From Polyangiaceae bacterium (lineage in GTDB: Bacteria; Myxococcota_A; Polyangia; Polyangiales; Polyangiaceae), in the NCBI GenBank assembly GCA_044222475.1, contig JBGANF010000004.1:32001-96000 (forward strand): a stretch of DNA of 64,000 bases, given 5' to 3'. Made by a program: the position numbers and the translations under genes. Under the pieces are notes generated by a model, which saw only the letters and a program-made list of their open reading frames with translations, was not told the origin of the DNA and searched no databases. Of the stretch, positions 1-10,599 are shown one piece after another (position 1 is the stretch's first letter; every line of letters starts with the position of its first letter).

Positions 1-588
1 GAACGCGATGACGTCCATCGACTCGCCGCGGGTCGTCTTGAACGCGTGCACTTCGTGCTCGTGAAGACAGAAGACGGCGCCGGTCTCGAGGGGGAGCTCC
101 CAGCCGCTCGGGGAATACGCGAGGCCGCGGCCGCGGGCGACGACGCCGAGGCGGATCGACGGGTGGCTGTGCGGCGTCTGCACGATGCCGACCGGGAAAT
201 GCAGGTGGTTCAGCACCGGGTCGCCGAGGCGCGGGGGCATGCAGAGGATCGAGTCGGAGCAGCCGTCGATGTAGGCGAGGCGGCCGCGCTCTTCGATGCG
301 TCCCGCGAGCGGCAGCGCGCGGAACCCGAGGCGCTCGATGACGACGACCGCGCCCTCGGCTTCGATGGTGACGGGACCGGGGAGCCCGAAGAACGCGCCG
401 GCCGTGAGCGAGAGGTCGAGCCCGGCGCCCGCGACGCGGGCCTTCTTCGAGACGACGTAGCCGTAGGCGGTGGAGCCTTCGGTCGCGAGCTCCTTCGAGG
501 CGCCGGAGACGACGACGAGGCGCGACGGGTACATCGTGCGCGTCGCGTCGAGGGTCTCGCCGTGTTTGGGGCTGGAGAGGAGGTCCAT
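1..588 (-). CDS. Cupin-domain protein (partial, 3' end runs off the window)
   Basis: Not in the ORF track. Manual translation from ATG 588: MDLLSSPKHGETLDATRTMYPSRL...GRLAYIDGCSDSILCMPPRLGDPVLNHLHFPVGIVQTPHSHPSIRLGVV...HEHEVHAFKTTRGESMDVIAF. HSHP plus a distal H fit cupin metal motifs; open frame with GC-rich third positions. Confidence 0.75.
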   Translation of the reverse strand, partial: MDLLSSPKHGETLDATRTMYPSRLVVVSGASKELATEGSTAYGYVVSKKARVAGAGLDLSLTAGAFFGLPGPVTIEAEGAVVVIERLGFRALPLAGRIEERGRLAYIDGCSDSILCMPPRLGDPVLNHLHFPVGIVQTPHSHPSIRLGVVARGRGLAYSPSGWELPLETGAVFCLHEHEVHAFKTTRGESMDVIAF

Positions 589-643
589 CCGGGGTCTCTC
601 TTAGCAGATCCAGGGCGCATGGCGCCTCCGGTTCCGCGTGCGG

Positions 644-1321
644 TCAGCGGACGAACACGTTCGCGATGCGGCCTGCGCGCCGGTAGCCGGTACGGAGCAC
701 CCAGACGCTCGGAGCGCTCACGGGCGGCGGGCCGGTTCCGGGTGACCATTTTGGGATGCGGACCTCGTGCGCGAAGTGCGTCTCGAGGCGAGCCGACGAA
801 TACGGATCGAGCAGGCCGCGCTCGGTCGTCTTCACGTGACGTGCGCGGTTGAACAGCACGTACGCGATGGCGTGCCGTACCTCGGACGGGGTCGAGAGCA
901 CGCGCGCGTGGTAGCGCTGGCCGAGCACGGTGCCGCGCTTGCGGCGCATGACGTCGCGGTTGATGCGCCGCGCGAGGCGAATCGAGAGGCCCTGCATGCG
1001 GCGCGAAAGAACGACGCGATCGTCGGCCTCGACGACGAGGTGCACGTGGTTTCCCTGCACCGAGTAGTGAACGACCCGGAGCTCGCCGCGGCGTGCCTCT
1101 TCGCGCAGAGCGTGCTCCACGCAGCGGAAACCGCGCTGGCTCCGCAGGTTCGGCGTCGTGCGCGCCATCCGTAGCGTCACGTGCACCGGGCTGCGACCCC
1201 CGTCGAAGACCGGACGCGCGCGATGCGAGATCGAGCCCATCTTCCGCGGTCGGCCGACCCCGCGGCGACCTTTCGGCCGGGCCGCATCGAACGGGAGCGA
1301 GAGCTGACGAAAGCGGCTCAT
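644..1321 (-). mobile_element. REP-associated tyrosine transposase (RAYT / Y1_Tnp, HUH superfamily)
   Basis: PVHVTLR, HYSVQGNHVHLVVEA (HUH), G...RYHARVL, AIAYVLFN (catalytic Tyr), LDPYSS. Confidence 0.85.
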
Positions 1322-1333
1322 GAATTATGGCAG

Positions 1334-1361
1334 ATATTAACCACGAGAAGTCGCCCGTCAA
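1334..1361 (-). promoter_or_regulatory. Putative sigma70-type promoter of the RAYT gene
   Basis: Minus strand TTGACG-N16-TAATAT in an AT-rich patch, 12 nt before the ATG. Confidence 0.45.
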
Positions 1362-1505
1362 GGAAGCGGAAGCGGAAGCGGAAGCGGAAGCGGAAGCGGA
1401 AGCGGAAGCGGAAGCGGAAGCGGAAGCGGAAGCGGAAGCGGAAGCGGAAGCGGAAGCGGAAGCGGACGCGGAAGCGGAAGCGGACGCGGGAGCCGGAGCG
1501 GAGAC
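1362..1505. repeat. Hexamer tandem repeat (GGAAGC)17 followed by degenerate units
   Basis: 17 perfect GGAAGC units at 1362-1463, then GGACGC, GGAAGC x2, GGACGC, GGGAGC, CGGAGC, GGAGAC. Confidence 0.97.
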
Positions 1506-1520
1506 GGGGCCGTGCGTATC

Positions 1521-1690
1521 AGCCCCCCCTGAGGCGGCGAAGCCGCCGATTTGCCGCGCTTCGTGGTACCCGAAGGGGTGGGGGGGCTCCGCCGCGCGCC
1601 GCGCTTCGTGGTACCCGAAGGGGTGCAGGCGCGAAGCGCCGAGCACGGCGGTGCGTGTCGCGAAGATCGACGAGGGGGGCACCCCTCTTC
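1521..1690. repeat. REP/REPIN-like palindromic element with a 28-bp direct repeat
   Basis: GCCGCGCTTCGTGGTACCCGAAGGGGTG at 1553-1580 and 1598-1625; hairpins GGCGGC-GAA-GCCGCC (1533-1547) and GGCGC-GAA-GCGCC (1628-1640); inverted pair AGCCCCCCC (1521-1529) / GGGGGGGCT (1580-1588). Confidence 0.7.
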
Positions 1691-1697
1691 TCTCTCT

Positions 1698-1739
1698 CTC
1701 CGACTCCGTCTCCGAGTCCGCCTCCGACTCCGTCTCCGG
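1698..1739. repeat. Degenerate (CTCCGN)7 hexamer tract, inverted relative to the 1362-1505 tract
   Basis: CTCCGA CTCCGT CTCCGA GTCCGC CTCCGA CTCCGT CTCCGG. Confidence 0.85.
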
Positions 1740-1743
1740 GTCG

Positions 1744-2517
1744 TCAGCCGAAACCGAGGTCGTCCGGGCCCCTCGCGATGCGTTCGTAGACGAAGCGCAT
1801 CAGCGCCAGCGGCGAGAGCTCCTCGAGGTGCGCATAGTTGCCCTGCGCCACCAGGAGCTGATCCTCGAGCGCCATCGGCCCCGTGGTGACGCGACCGCGC
1901 GCTGGCCCGGTACGCACCGGCACGCCCATCCGGAACGCTTGCGCGAACGAGAGCCCCACGTCGGCCAAGCGCGGCTTCCCGTGCTCGCCGAAGAGCTTCC
2001 GCGTGCGACCTCGGAGCCTCGTCCCCCCGCGGCTCGCGTCGTGCACCAAGTAGAACGCCGTGCGCAGACCGTTGGCCAGCTGACGTTCCAGCCGGCGCGC
2101 GACGTGCTCGGGGAACGTGCCCTCGGCCTTTCCGCCCAGCGTCACGAGCGCGACCTCGATCTTGCGGTGGAACCCGTTCATCGCGAACAGCAAGAACGTC
2201 TCGACGCGATCGAACACGAGCACCCGCCGCACCGAGTAGTCGAACACGTCGGGCAAATGCGGCGGCGGCACCGCCGCGCGCGCCTCGGCGGCGCGGATGA
2301 GACCCGGCAGCGCGCCGTGGTGACGCTCGTGCACGGCGACCGCCTCGCGGAACGCCACGATCGACGCGCGCGGCGACTTCGGATCCGGCGGCGCCCACGC
2401 TTCGCGGCGGATCATCTCGTAGTAGAGGTTCCGCGGCGTGTAGAGGAACTTGCCGCCGAGCGACAGCGACTTCTCCGCCGCCTCGAGCGCCTTCGGGGAG
2501 AGCTTCGGCGTCTTCAT
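1744..2517 (-). CDS. Hypothetical protein (possible Toprim-like region)
   Basis: ATG 2517 overlaps the upstream stop (ATGA); LYTPRNLYYE, PDVFDYSVRRVLVFD, FYLVHDAS. Fold assignment is inference. Confidence 0.65.
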   Translation of the reverse strand: MKTPKLSPKALEAAEKSLSLGGKFLYTPRNLYYEMIRREAWAPPDPKSPRASIVAFREAVAVHERHHGALPGLIRAAEARAAVPPPHLPDVFDYSVRRVLVFDRVETFLLFAMNGFHRKIEVALVTLGGKAEGTFPEHVARRLERQLANGLRTAFYLVHDASRGGTRLRGRTRKLFGEHGKPRLADVGLSFAQAFRMGVPVRTGPARGRVTTGPMALEDQLLVAQGNYAHLEELSPLALMRFVYERIARGPDDLGFG

Positions 2518-4274
2518 GTCGGGCGCTCCCCGTCGACATAGACGCGATGCCACAGCTCGATCGCGAGGAGCATCCAGAGCAGCTCGCCACCACGGTACTG
2601 ACCGATCGCGTGCTCGGGCCCTTTACCGGCGAGCAGCGCGTCGACGAACTTCGGCTCGAAGTAGCCGCGCGCGCGCGCGCGCTTCGACGTGAGCAGATCG
2701 TGGCTGTAGTCGCGCAGCGCGGTGAACTTGAACCAGTGGTTCAGCGGGACGCCCATCCCGGCCTTCTTGCGGTAGACGACCGCGCGCGGCAGCACGTCCT
2801 CCATCGCCTTCTTGAAGACGTACTTCTCGACGTCGCCCCGGCGCTTCAGCGACGGCGGCATCGCGAACGTGTGCTCGGTGAGCGTCTTGTCGAACAGCGG
2901 CGACGCCGCGGTGACGCCATTCGCGCCGAGCATCTTGTCGACCTTGACCAGGATGTTCTGGCCGCCCTTGAGCTTGATGTTCACGTGCATCAAGCGGTTC
3001 AAGAAGTGCTTGATGTCGGCGTTCTCCATGTACGGGCGCACGAGATCGAGCAGCGGCGCTTCGCCGCCGGTCTTCCTCTGGAAGTCCTTCGTGTAGAGCG
3101 CACCGATGTAGTCGAAGAACTTGTGGTAGCTCGACAGGTACGCGCGGGCGCGGTCGTAGTTGCCGAGGAACGCGTACCACTCGCCGAGGATCAGGAACTT
3201 GTTCTTCGGCCCGCCGAAGAGCGGGTCGCCGCCTTCGCCGTTGAAGACGAGGTCGACCTCTTTGGCGGCGGTCTGCGCGAGGACGTAGTTCGGGACCGTG
3301 ATGCAGTCGCAGAGCGGGTCGTCGAGCTGCCACATGATTTGGGGCAGGATCCCGAGGAAGTCGTCCGGCACGACGTCGACGACGCGGTGCTCGACCAGCG
3401 GCCCTGCGTGCTGCGCGACGAGGCGCGCGTACATGAGCTCGTTGGGTTGGCCGACGCCGAAGCTCGCGCTCCACGCGGTGACGTTCACGCCTTTTTCTGC
3501 GAGCAGCGCGACGACCGCGCTCGAGTCGATCCCGCCGGACAGGAACGCGCCGACGCGCTCCTTGCCTTCGAGCCGCTTGTCCACCGCTTCGCGGGTGAGC
3601 CGGCGGATCGTCTCGACGCACGTCGCCTCGTCGGCGCTGGCGGTCGTCTCTTCGAGGTCCCAGTAGACGTGCGTCTTCGGCGTGCGACCCGGCACGACCT
3701 CGAGGCGGTGCCCGGGCTCGAGCTCGAAGACGCCCTCGAACATGGAGTCCTTGCCGGGGATGAACGAGAAGACGAGGATCTTGTTGAGCGACGCGAGGCT
3801 CGGCTTCACCGAGAAGCGGTCGTCCCCGAGGAGCGCCTTGATCTCGGTGGCGAAGAGGAGGCCCCCTTTGACGCTTGCATAATACAAGGGTCGCTCGCCG
3901 AGCGGATCGCGCGCGAGGTGGAGCGCCTTGCCGTCGTGGATGGCGCAGACGAACGGGCCGTCGAGGAGCTCGAAGATCTTGGGGCCGAGCTCGCGGAAGC
4001 CGCGCGCGACGACGTCGGCGGGGTCGGCACCGCCCACCCGAAACCGCTTCGCGAGCGCGGCGCCGTTGAGGAGCCGCCCGTCGAACACCGCGCGCACGCC
4101 GCCGTCGTCGGCGACCTTTGCCGCGCGCGTCTTCTTGTCGACGAGCGACGCGAGGGTCCAGTCCTTGCCGACCTTCGTCGCCACGCCGCCGCGACCGCGA
4201 TGGGCGAGCAGCTTGGTCATGCGATCGAGAGCGATCGGCTCGCTCGGGCCGAGGTGTCCGAGGATGGCGCCCAT
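2514..4274 (-). CDS. Asparagine synthetase B-like ATP-dependent amide ligase with degenerate glutaminase domain
   Basis: Start MGAILGHLG coupled to the upstream stop (TGATG); HRG, ARDPLGERPLYY, PP-loop FLSGGIDSS, GEGGDPLFGG, RKKAGMGVP. No N-terminal Cys; FDGRLLN replaces FNGEIYN. Confidence 0.88.
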   Translation of the reverse strand: MGAILGHLGPSEPIALDRMTKLLAHRGRGGVATKVGKDWTLASLVDKKTRAAKVADDGGVRAVFDGRLLNGAALAKRFRVGGADPADVVARGFRELGPKIFELLDGPFVCAIHDGKALHLARDPLGERPLYYASVKGGLLFATEIKALLGDDRFSVKPSLASLNKILVFSFIPGKDSMFEGVFELEPGHRLEVVPGRTPKTHVYWDLEETTASADEATCVETIRRLTREAVDKRLEGKERVGAFLSGGIDSSAVVALLAEKGVNVTAWSASFGVGQPNELMYARLVAQHAGPLVEHRVVDVVPDDFLGILPQIMWQLDDPLCDCITVPNYVLAQTAAKEVDLVFNGEGGDPLFGGPKNKFLILGEWYAFLGNYDRARAYLSSYHKFFDYIGALYTKDFQRKTGGEAPLLDLVRPYMENADIKHFLNRLMHVNIKLKGGQNILVKVDKMLGANGVTAASPLFDKTLTEHTFAMPPSLKRRGDVEKYVFKKAMEDVLPRAVVYRKKAGMGVPLNHWFKFTALRDYSHDLLTSKRARARGYFEPKFVDALLAGKGPEHAIGQYRGGELLWMLLAIELWHRVYVDGERPT

Positions 4275-4948
4275 CAGCTCTTCGGGGTCCCTACCGGGGT
4301 CTTCGGCGGAGAGGGCGCGTTGCGCTTCTCGAGGTTCGCAGCGGGACAAAAATCGAGCATCAGGTTCACGCGGTAGCCGGTGCCCCGGTGGACGACCGAG
4401 TGCTGGCTCATGTTGTCGATCTCGTACAGCCCTCCGGGCTCGAAGACCACCCGTTCGTCCTTGAGGGTGAACTCGGTGTGCTCGGCGGAGGTGAGCGGAA
4501 CGTGGAGGTGGTGCGAGAACGCCTTCTTGTTCACGTCGTGGGGCATGTCGCGGTGCGGTGGGATCACGCCGTCGGGTCCGAGCACGGCGAACACGAGGAA
4601 GAAGAGCGTCCCCGGACCGTAGTGGCGCTCGCACACGGCGCTCCACTCGGCGGCGAGCGCGGACTGCTCGGCGCGCGACAGCGTCGACTCCGGGACGTCG
4701 ACCGCCCACGGCGAGCGCGGCTCTTCGTCGTTCAGGACGCAGAGCTGCACGTAGCTCGTAGGCGTCATCTTGCGATAGCCGATGTCGGCCGGGCGCTCGG
4801 CCTGACCGACCCACTTCATGCGCTCGGCGATCGTGGCCCAGAGCGGCGCGTCGGGCGACGCGAACAGCGGGCTCAGGCGCTCGACGACGGCGAGGAGCTT
4901 CGTCGGATCGATCGAGTCGATGCGCCGATACGGTACGTCGAGGAGCAC
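4274..4948 (-). CDS. Aspartyl/asparaginyl beta-hydroxylase-like Fe(II)/2OG dioxygenase
   Basis: LGPDGVIPPHRD (HxD), HLHVPL, GGLYEIDNMSQHSVVHRGTGYRVNLMLD (distal H and R). Confidence 0.8.
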   Translation of the reverse strand: MLLDVPYRRIDSIDPTKLLAVVERLSPLFASPDAPLWATIAERMKWVGQAERPADIGYRKMTPTSYVQLCVLNDEEPRSPWAVDVPESTLSRAEQSALAAEWSAVCERHYGPGTLFFLVFAVLGPDGVIPPHRDMPHDVNKKAFSHHLHVPLTSAEHTEFTLKDERVVFEPGGLYEIDNMSQHSVVHRGTGYRVNLMLDFCPAANLEKRNAPSPPKTPVGTPKS

Positions 4949-4974
4949 GAACCCACTCTACCTCACAGTCGAAG

Positions 4975-6342
4975 TCACTGCGGGATCGACGACCCGCTCG
5001 GCATCGCCAGCTTCTTCGCCTTCGCGAGGTCGGTCGACTTGTCGAAGAACACGACCGTCGCGACGTAGTCGATCTTGCGGAGACCGTCCGACTGCGCGGC
5101 GTTCACGAGGAACGCGGTCGGCGAGTAGTTCGGGACGTTCTGCACGCCCGCGTTGAGCTGCTTCGCCGCGCCAGCCGCTTGCTCCGGCGTCGCGCCACCG
5201 GCGCGCGCCTTGTAGTAACCGCTGAGGCCGGCCATGAGCGGCGCGACCTGCTCCGCCACCGCGCGGTGACCCGACGAGAGCTTGCCCGCGTTGCCGCCGG
5301 CGAAGATCTTGTCGACGAGCGCGGCGCGATCCGCCTGCGGCGCCATCCCGAGCGAGAGCAGCGGACCTTCGGCGAGGCCGACCGCGGACGACGTGGTACC
5401 GACGAGCTGCATCGGCTCGAACACCGGCGACACGCACGCCGCGCCTTCGGCGCCGGCCGACTTGATCTCGGTCTCGCTGCAATTCGAGAGCGCGAGCATG
5501 TGCCACGCGAACTCGGAGCAGTACATCGGGAGATCCTTCGTCGACGTGCCGAGGATGATCTTGCCGAGCTCGGTGACGGTCTGCTTCGTCGTCATGCCGG
5601 TGCTCGCGAAGATCGGCGTGAGGTAGTCCTTCTGGAAACGGACGTGACCGTTGGCGCGGTTGCCGGCGACGGCGACGGCCCACTTGTTGAGCTGAGCGCG
5701 ACGCGCGGCGGTGAAGCCGCGCGGGCGGAGGATCTGCAGCGCGTCGGTGCCGTAGTCGGTGGTGCCGTCGGTGTTGCGACCGCCGATGAAGTGCTTGGTG
5801 TTGAACTGGCCGACGTACTCGCCGTCGAGGGGGCTGTCGACGTTGTACGCCTGACCGTTCTGCACGTAGACGAGGCTCGCGTGGGTCGTGCCCATCTGGA
5901 TGTGCGGGTACGCCATCGTGCCGGCGAGCTCGGGGCGGAACGTGAGCGCGATGTCGCCGTCTTGGAGGACGCCGGCCTTCGCGAGCTGCTGCGCCATGTC
6001 CATGCGAGCCGTGCGCTTCGCCGCCGGGGTGGTGCCCGCTTGGCGGACGGCGAGGATGCGGAGGCCCGAGTCCTTCACCTCGAGCGACGGCTGCCACACG
6101 GTCGAGTAGCTGTACTTCGCGCGGTCGATCTCGAGGTCGACGGAGGTCTTCGGGACCGAGAAGTAGAACGGCACGTCGAGGAGGCGGTTCGGGTTGGTGC
6201 TCCCGACTACGTTCTCGGACACGTCGTCCGGGACGCCGTCGTCGACGTCGGCGGCGCACCCCGGCGTGCCGATCGAAGCGGCGAGCGCGAGGAGCGAGAG
6301 GGCGAAGAGGCGGGTCCGGGTCGACGTGGCGTATGTAGACAT
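4975..6342 (-). CDS. Lipoprotein, permuted NlpC/P60 (YiiX/YaeF-like) papain-fold enzyme
   Basis: Signal peptide ending TPGC; GDIALTF...THASLVY (His) precedes MYCSEFAW (Cys), the permuted order; later YSPTAF. Confidence 0.7.
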   Translation of the reverse strand: MSTYATSTRTRLFALSLLALAASIGTPGCAADVDDGVPDDVSENVVGSTNPNRLLDVPFYFSVPKTSVDLEIDRAKYSYSTVWQPSLEVKDSGLRILAVRQAGTTPAAKRTARMDMAQQLAKAGVLQDGDIALTFRPELAGTMAYPHIQMGTTHASLVYVQNGQAYNVDSPLDGEYVGQFNTKHFIGGRNTDGTTDYGTDALQILRPRGFTAARRAQLNKWAVAVAGNRANGHVRFQKDYLTPIFASTGMTTKQTVTELGKIILGTSTKDLPMYCSEFAWHMLALSNCSETEIKSAGAEGAACVSPVFEPMQLVGTTSSAVGLAEGPLLSLGMAPQADRAALVDKIFAGGNAGKLSSGHRAVAEQVAPLMAGLSGYYKARAGGATPEQAAGAAKQLNAGVQNVPNYSPTAFLVNAAQSDGLRKIDYVATVVFFDKSTDLAKAKKLAMPSGSSIPQ

Positions 6343-6564
6343 TTGTCCTACATCTGTACACGTTTCATGCCATCGCCCACGGAGGGCTAACCTACCGAAA
6401 ACATTAGATCCCCATCTCGAGAAGCTGGGCGACGGCCGATCCACTGCTGGAGAATTGTTAGCCGGCTACCACCTTCGTGGAGTGTCCCCGGGCAGGGGTG
6501 AGCGGTTCCGAATGAATCTTCATTCATGATTGACGCGCCGCGGCGCACGCCACAAACTCCAGGC

Positions 6565-8411
<1,847 letters not shown>

Positions 8412-8415
<4 letters not shown>

Positions 8416-9563
8416 ACGTGCGACGCGTCGTCGCCGGGCTCGTCGTCGGCCTGCTCCTCGTGGGCGCCGCGTGCGACAAGCCGGCGAGCGTCGAGCTGTG
8501 CGGCGGCGTCACGGCGGCGAGCGACGGAGCGGCGGACTCGCTGTTCCGTCGCGATCCGACGTTCCTCGGCGCCGACGGCGCGTACTCCGTCACCCTCGGC
8601 AACGGGCGCGTGCTGTGGATGTTCGGCGACAGCTTCGTCGCCAAGAACGGCTCGAAGTCGCGGCGCGACGCGTTCTTCGTGCGCAACACCGTCGCGGTGC
8701 AGACCGGGTTGGATCCCGCCGGCGCGAGCCTTCAGTATTTCTGGCGAGGCAACGCGAGCGCGCCGGCGTCGTTCGTCCCCGAGGCGAGCCCACTTTGGTA
8801 CTGGCCGATGGGCGGCGCGCTCGTGCAAGGGCGGCTCGTGTTGTTCTACGTCGCCGAGAAGCCCGGAACCGGCGCGCTCGGCTTCGAGGCGGCGGGCAAC
8901 CGGGTGATGACCGTCGACGATCCGTCCGGGCCGCCGAACGGGTGGGTCCTCGTCGATCGCCCGTTCCCGATGCCGAAGACGTTCGGCCTGACGTTGCTCG
9001 CGCCGTTCGTCGACGCGGACACCCTGTACGTCTACGCGATCCGCGAGCCGGGCGATCACTCCGTGTCGGTCGCGAAGGTCCGGGTCGTCGACGCGGCCCT
9101 CGGCGACTTCACGAAGACGCTGTGGTGGTGCGCCGAGCGCGGGTGGCGCGACGCGACCGACGTAGGCGCCGGCCCCGCGGTCGTGTTCCCGAGCGGGACG
9201 GCGACCGACAACCCCACCGAGCTGTCGGTCGCGCGGCGACCCGATGGGACGTACGTCGCGATCCACAGCATCGGCTTCGGCGCCACGAAGCTCGCCATCC
9301 GCACTGCGACCCTACCGCAGGGGCCGTGGTCGGACCCCTGCCCGTTCTTCACGCCGCCGGAGAGCAACGCGCCGAAGGCGTTCGTCTATGCCGGCAAAGG
9401 GCACGCCGAGCTCGACGGCGCCGATCTGACCGCGACGTACGTGGCGAACTCGTTCGACGATCAGAAGCTGCTCGACGACCCCTCGCTCTACTTCCCCCGC
9501 TTCGTGCGCGCGTCGCTGAAGCCGAAAGACGCGGGAGTGCCCGTCGACTCCAGCGACCGTTGA
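8412..9563 (+). CDS. Lipoprotein, DUF4185/DUF5005-like beta-propeller
   Basis: C-terminal part of ORF 6681..9563; GTG overlaps the upstream stop; lipobox GAAC; GADGAYSVTLGNGRVLWMFGDSF; YAGKGHAEL. Confidence 0.7.
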
Positions 9564-9581
9564 TCGAGTAAGCTCGCCGGC

Positions 9582-9815
9582 ATGGTCCTCTGCCTCCGAT
9601 GCGGCGCACCGCGCACGAACGCGACCCGGTGCGAATATTGTGGCGTCGTCTTCGACCCCGGCGCCGCGCCGGCAGCGCCGAGGGATCTTCCCGCCGAGTT
9701 CCACGACGCGATGAAGAGCGACAACCTCATCGAGGCGATCAAGATCTACCGCAAGGTCCGCGACGTCGGCCTCAAGGAGGCCCGCGACGAGGTGCTGAAG
9801 CTCAAGATGAAATGA
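9582..9815 (+). CDS. Small zinc-ribbon plus ribosomal L7/L12 C-terminal-like protein
   Basis: CLRCGA...CEYCG; NLIEAIKIYRKVRDVGLKEARDEV. Confidence 0.7.
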   Translation: MVLCLRCGAPRTNATRCEYCGVVFDPGAAPAAPRDLPAEFHDAMKSDNLIEAIKIYRKVRDVGLKEARDEVLKLKMK

Positions 9816-9818
9816 GCT

Positions 9819-10502
9819 TCAGCGAACCAGCTTCATGTTGAACATCGGCGTCTTCAGCGCGCCGTAGAGCCGCGCCCAGAGCGGGACCCATCCTTCGGTG
9901 CCGCGCGCGTTCGTGATGTCGCCGAGATCGACGACGTCCCTCCAGCCGAACCACTCCTTCAGGATCCGCGTCACTTCGGCCTTCGCCGCGTCGTCGTTTC
10001 CGCAGAGGACCATCGTGTGGTCGCCCCCGGCGAGCAGCTTCGCGTCGACCATGAGGAACGCGTTCACCGTGTTGAGCGTCTTCACGACCTTCGCTTTGGG
10101 GAACGCGCGCTGAATCTGCTCGCCGAGCGAGTCGGTGTTCGACACCGTGAGCGACGGCGGCATGCCCTTCGAGAAGTCGAGCGGGTTCGAGATGTCGATC
10201 AGGATCTTCCCGGCGAGGTTCTCGGCCCCGGCGAGGCCGAGGGCGGCGAGCGCGCCGTCTCCGGAGAGCGCGTTCACGACGAGCTCGCCGTGCTTCGCCG
10301 CGTCGGCGAAGGGCACGAGGCTCACGTTGGCTTGCGTCTCGAGCCAGGTGCGCACCGGCGGGCCGCCGGCCATGTCGGGCTCGCTCCGGGCAAGCGTCGC
10401 CTTGGGGTCGCGCGTGCCGAGCTTCACCGAGTGTCCGAGCGAGCCGAGCTTGCCCGCGATGGTCTTTGCCACGATTCCCGTTCCGAGTACGCCGATGTTC
10501 AT
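9819..10502 (-). CDS. NADP-dependent oxidoreductase (F420-dependent NADP reductase family)
   Basis: IGVLGTGIVA Rossmann motif, KILIDISNPL, SLGEQIQ, VVKTLNT. Confidence 0.88.
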   Translation of the reverse strand: MNIGVLGTGIVAKTIAGKLGSLGHSVKLGTRDPKATLARSEPDMAGGPPVRTWLETQANVSLVPFADAAKHGELVVNALSGDGALAALGLAGAENLAGKILIDISNPLDFSKGMPPSLTVSNTDSLGEQIQRAFPKAKVVKTLNTVNAFLMVDAKLLAGGDHTMVLCGNDDAAKAEVTRILKEWFGWRDVVDLGDITNARGTEGWVPLWARLYGALKTPMFNMKLVR

Positions 10503-10599
10503 GGGTTCATCTCCTCGCCGACCAACCTAGCGATCAATCCAGGGTTGACCACATCGTCTTCGTCAACCTATCGTTGACTCGAGGTTGACGATCGACCCG

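Noticed and set aside
1553..1625. 28-bp direct repeat as a CRISPR mini-array
   Set aside because: Only two copies, a 17-nt spacer and no cas genes; fits a REP-like element better.
1181..2593. ORFs with poly-KR, poly-EA, poly-SA and poly-LP tracts (1181..1789, 1327..2541, 210..1682, 1358..2593)
   Set aside because: Translations of the GGAAGC microsatellite, which has no stop in any frame; they overlap better-supported genes.
2514..4814. 766-aa version of the AsnB-like ORF
   Set aside because: The N-terminal extension overlaps the hydroxylase in another frame; the coupled start is at 4274.
1744..4948. Canonical lasso peptide cluster
   Set aside because: No precursor, RRE (B1) or transglutaminase-like B2 gene is seen in the window; kept only as an analogy.
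6357..6372. Sigma-54-like TGGCATG-AAAC-GTGTA upstream of the NlpC/P60 lipoprotein
   Set aside because: The -12 GC is replaced by GT; too weak to call.
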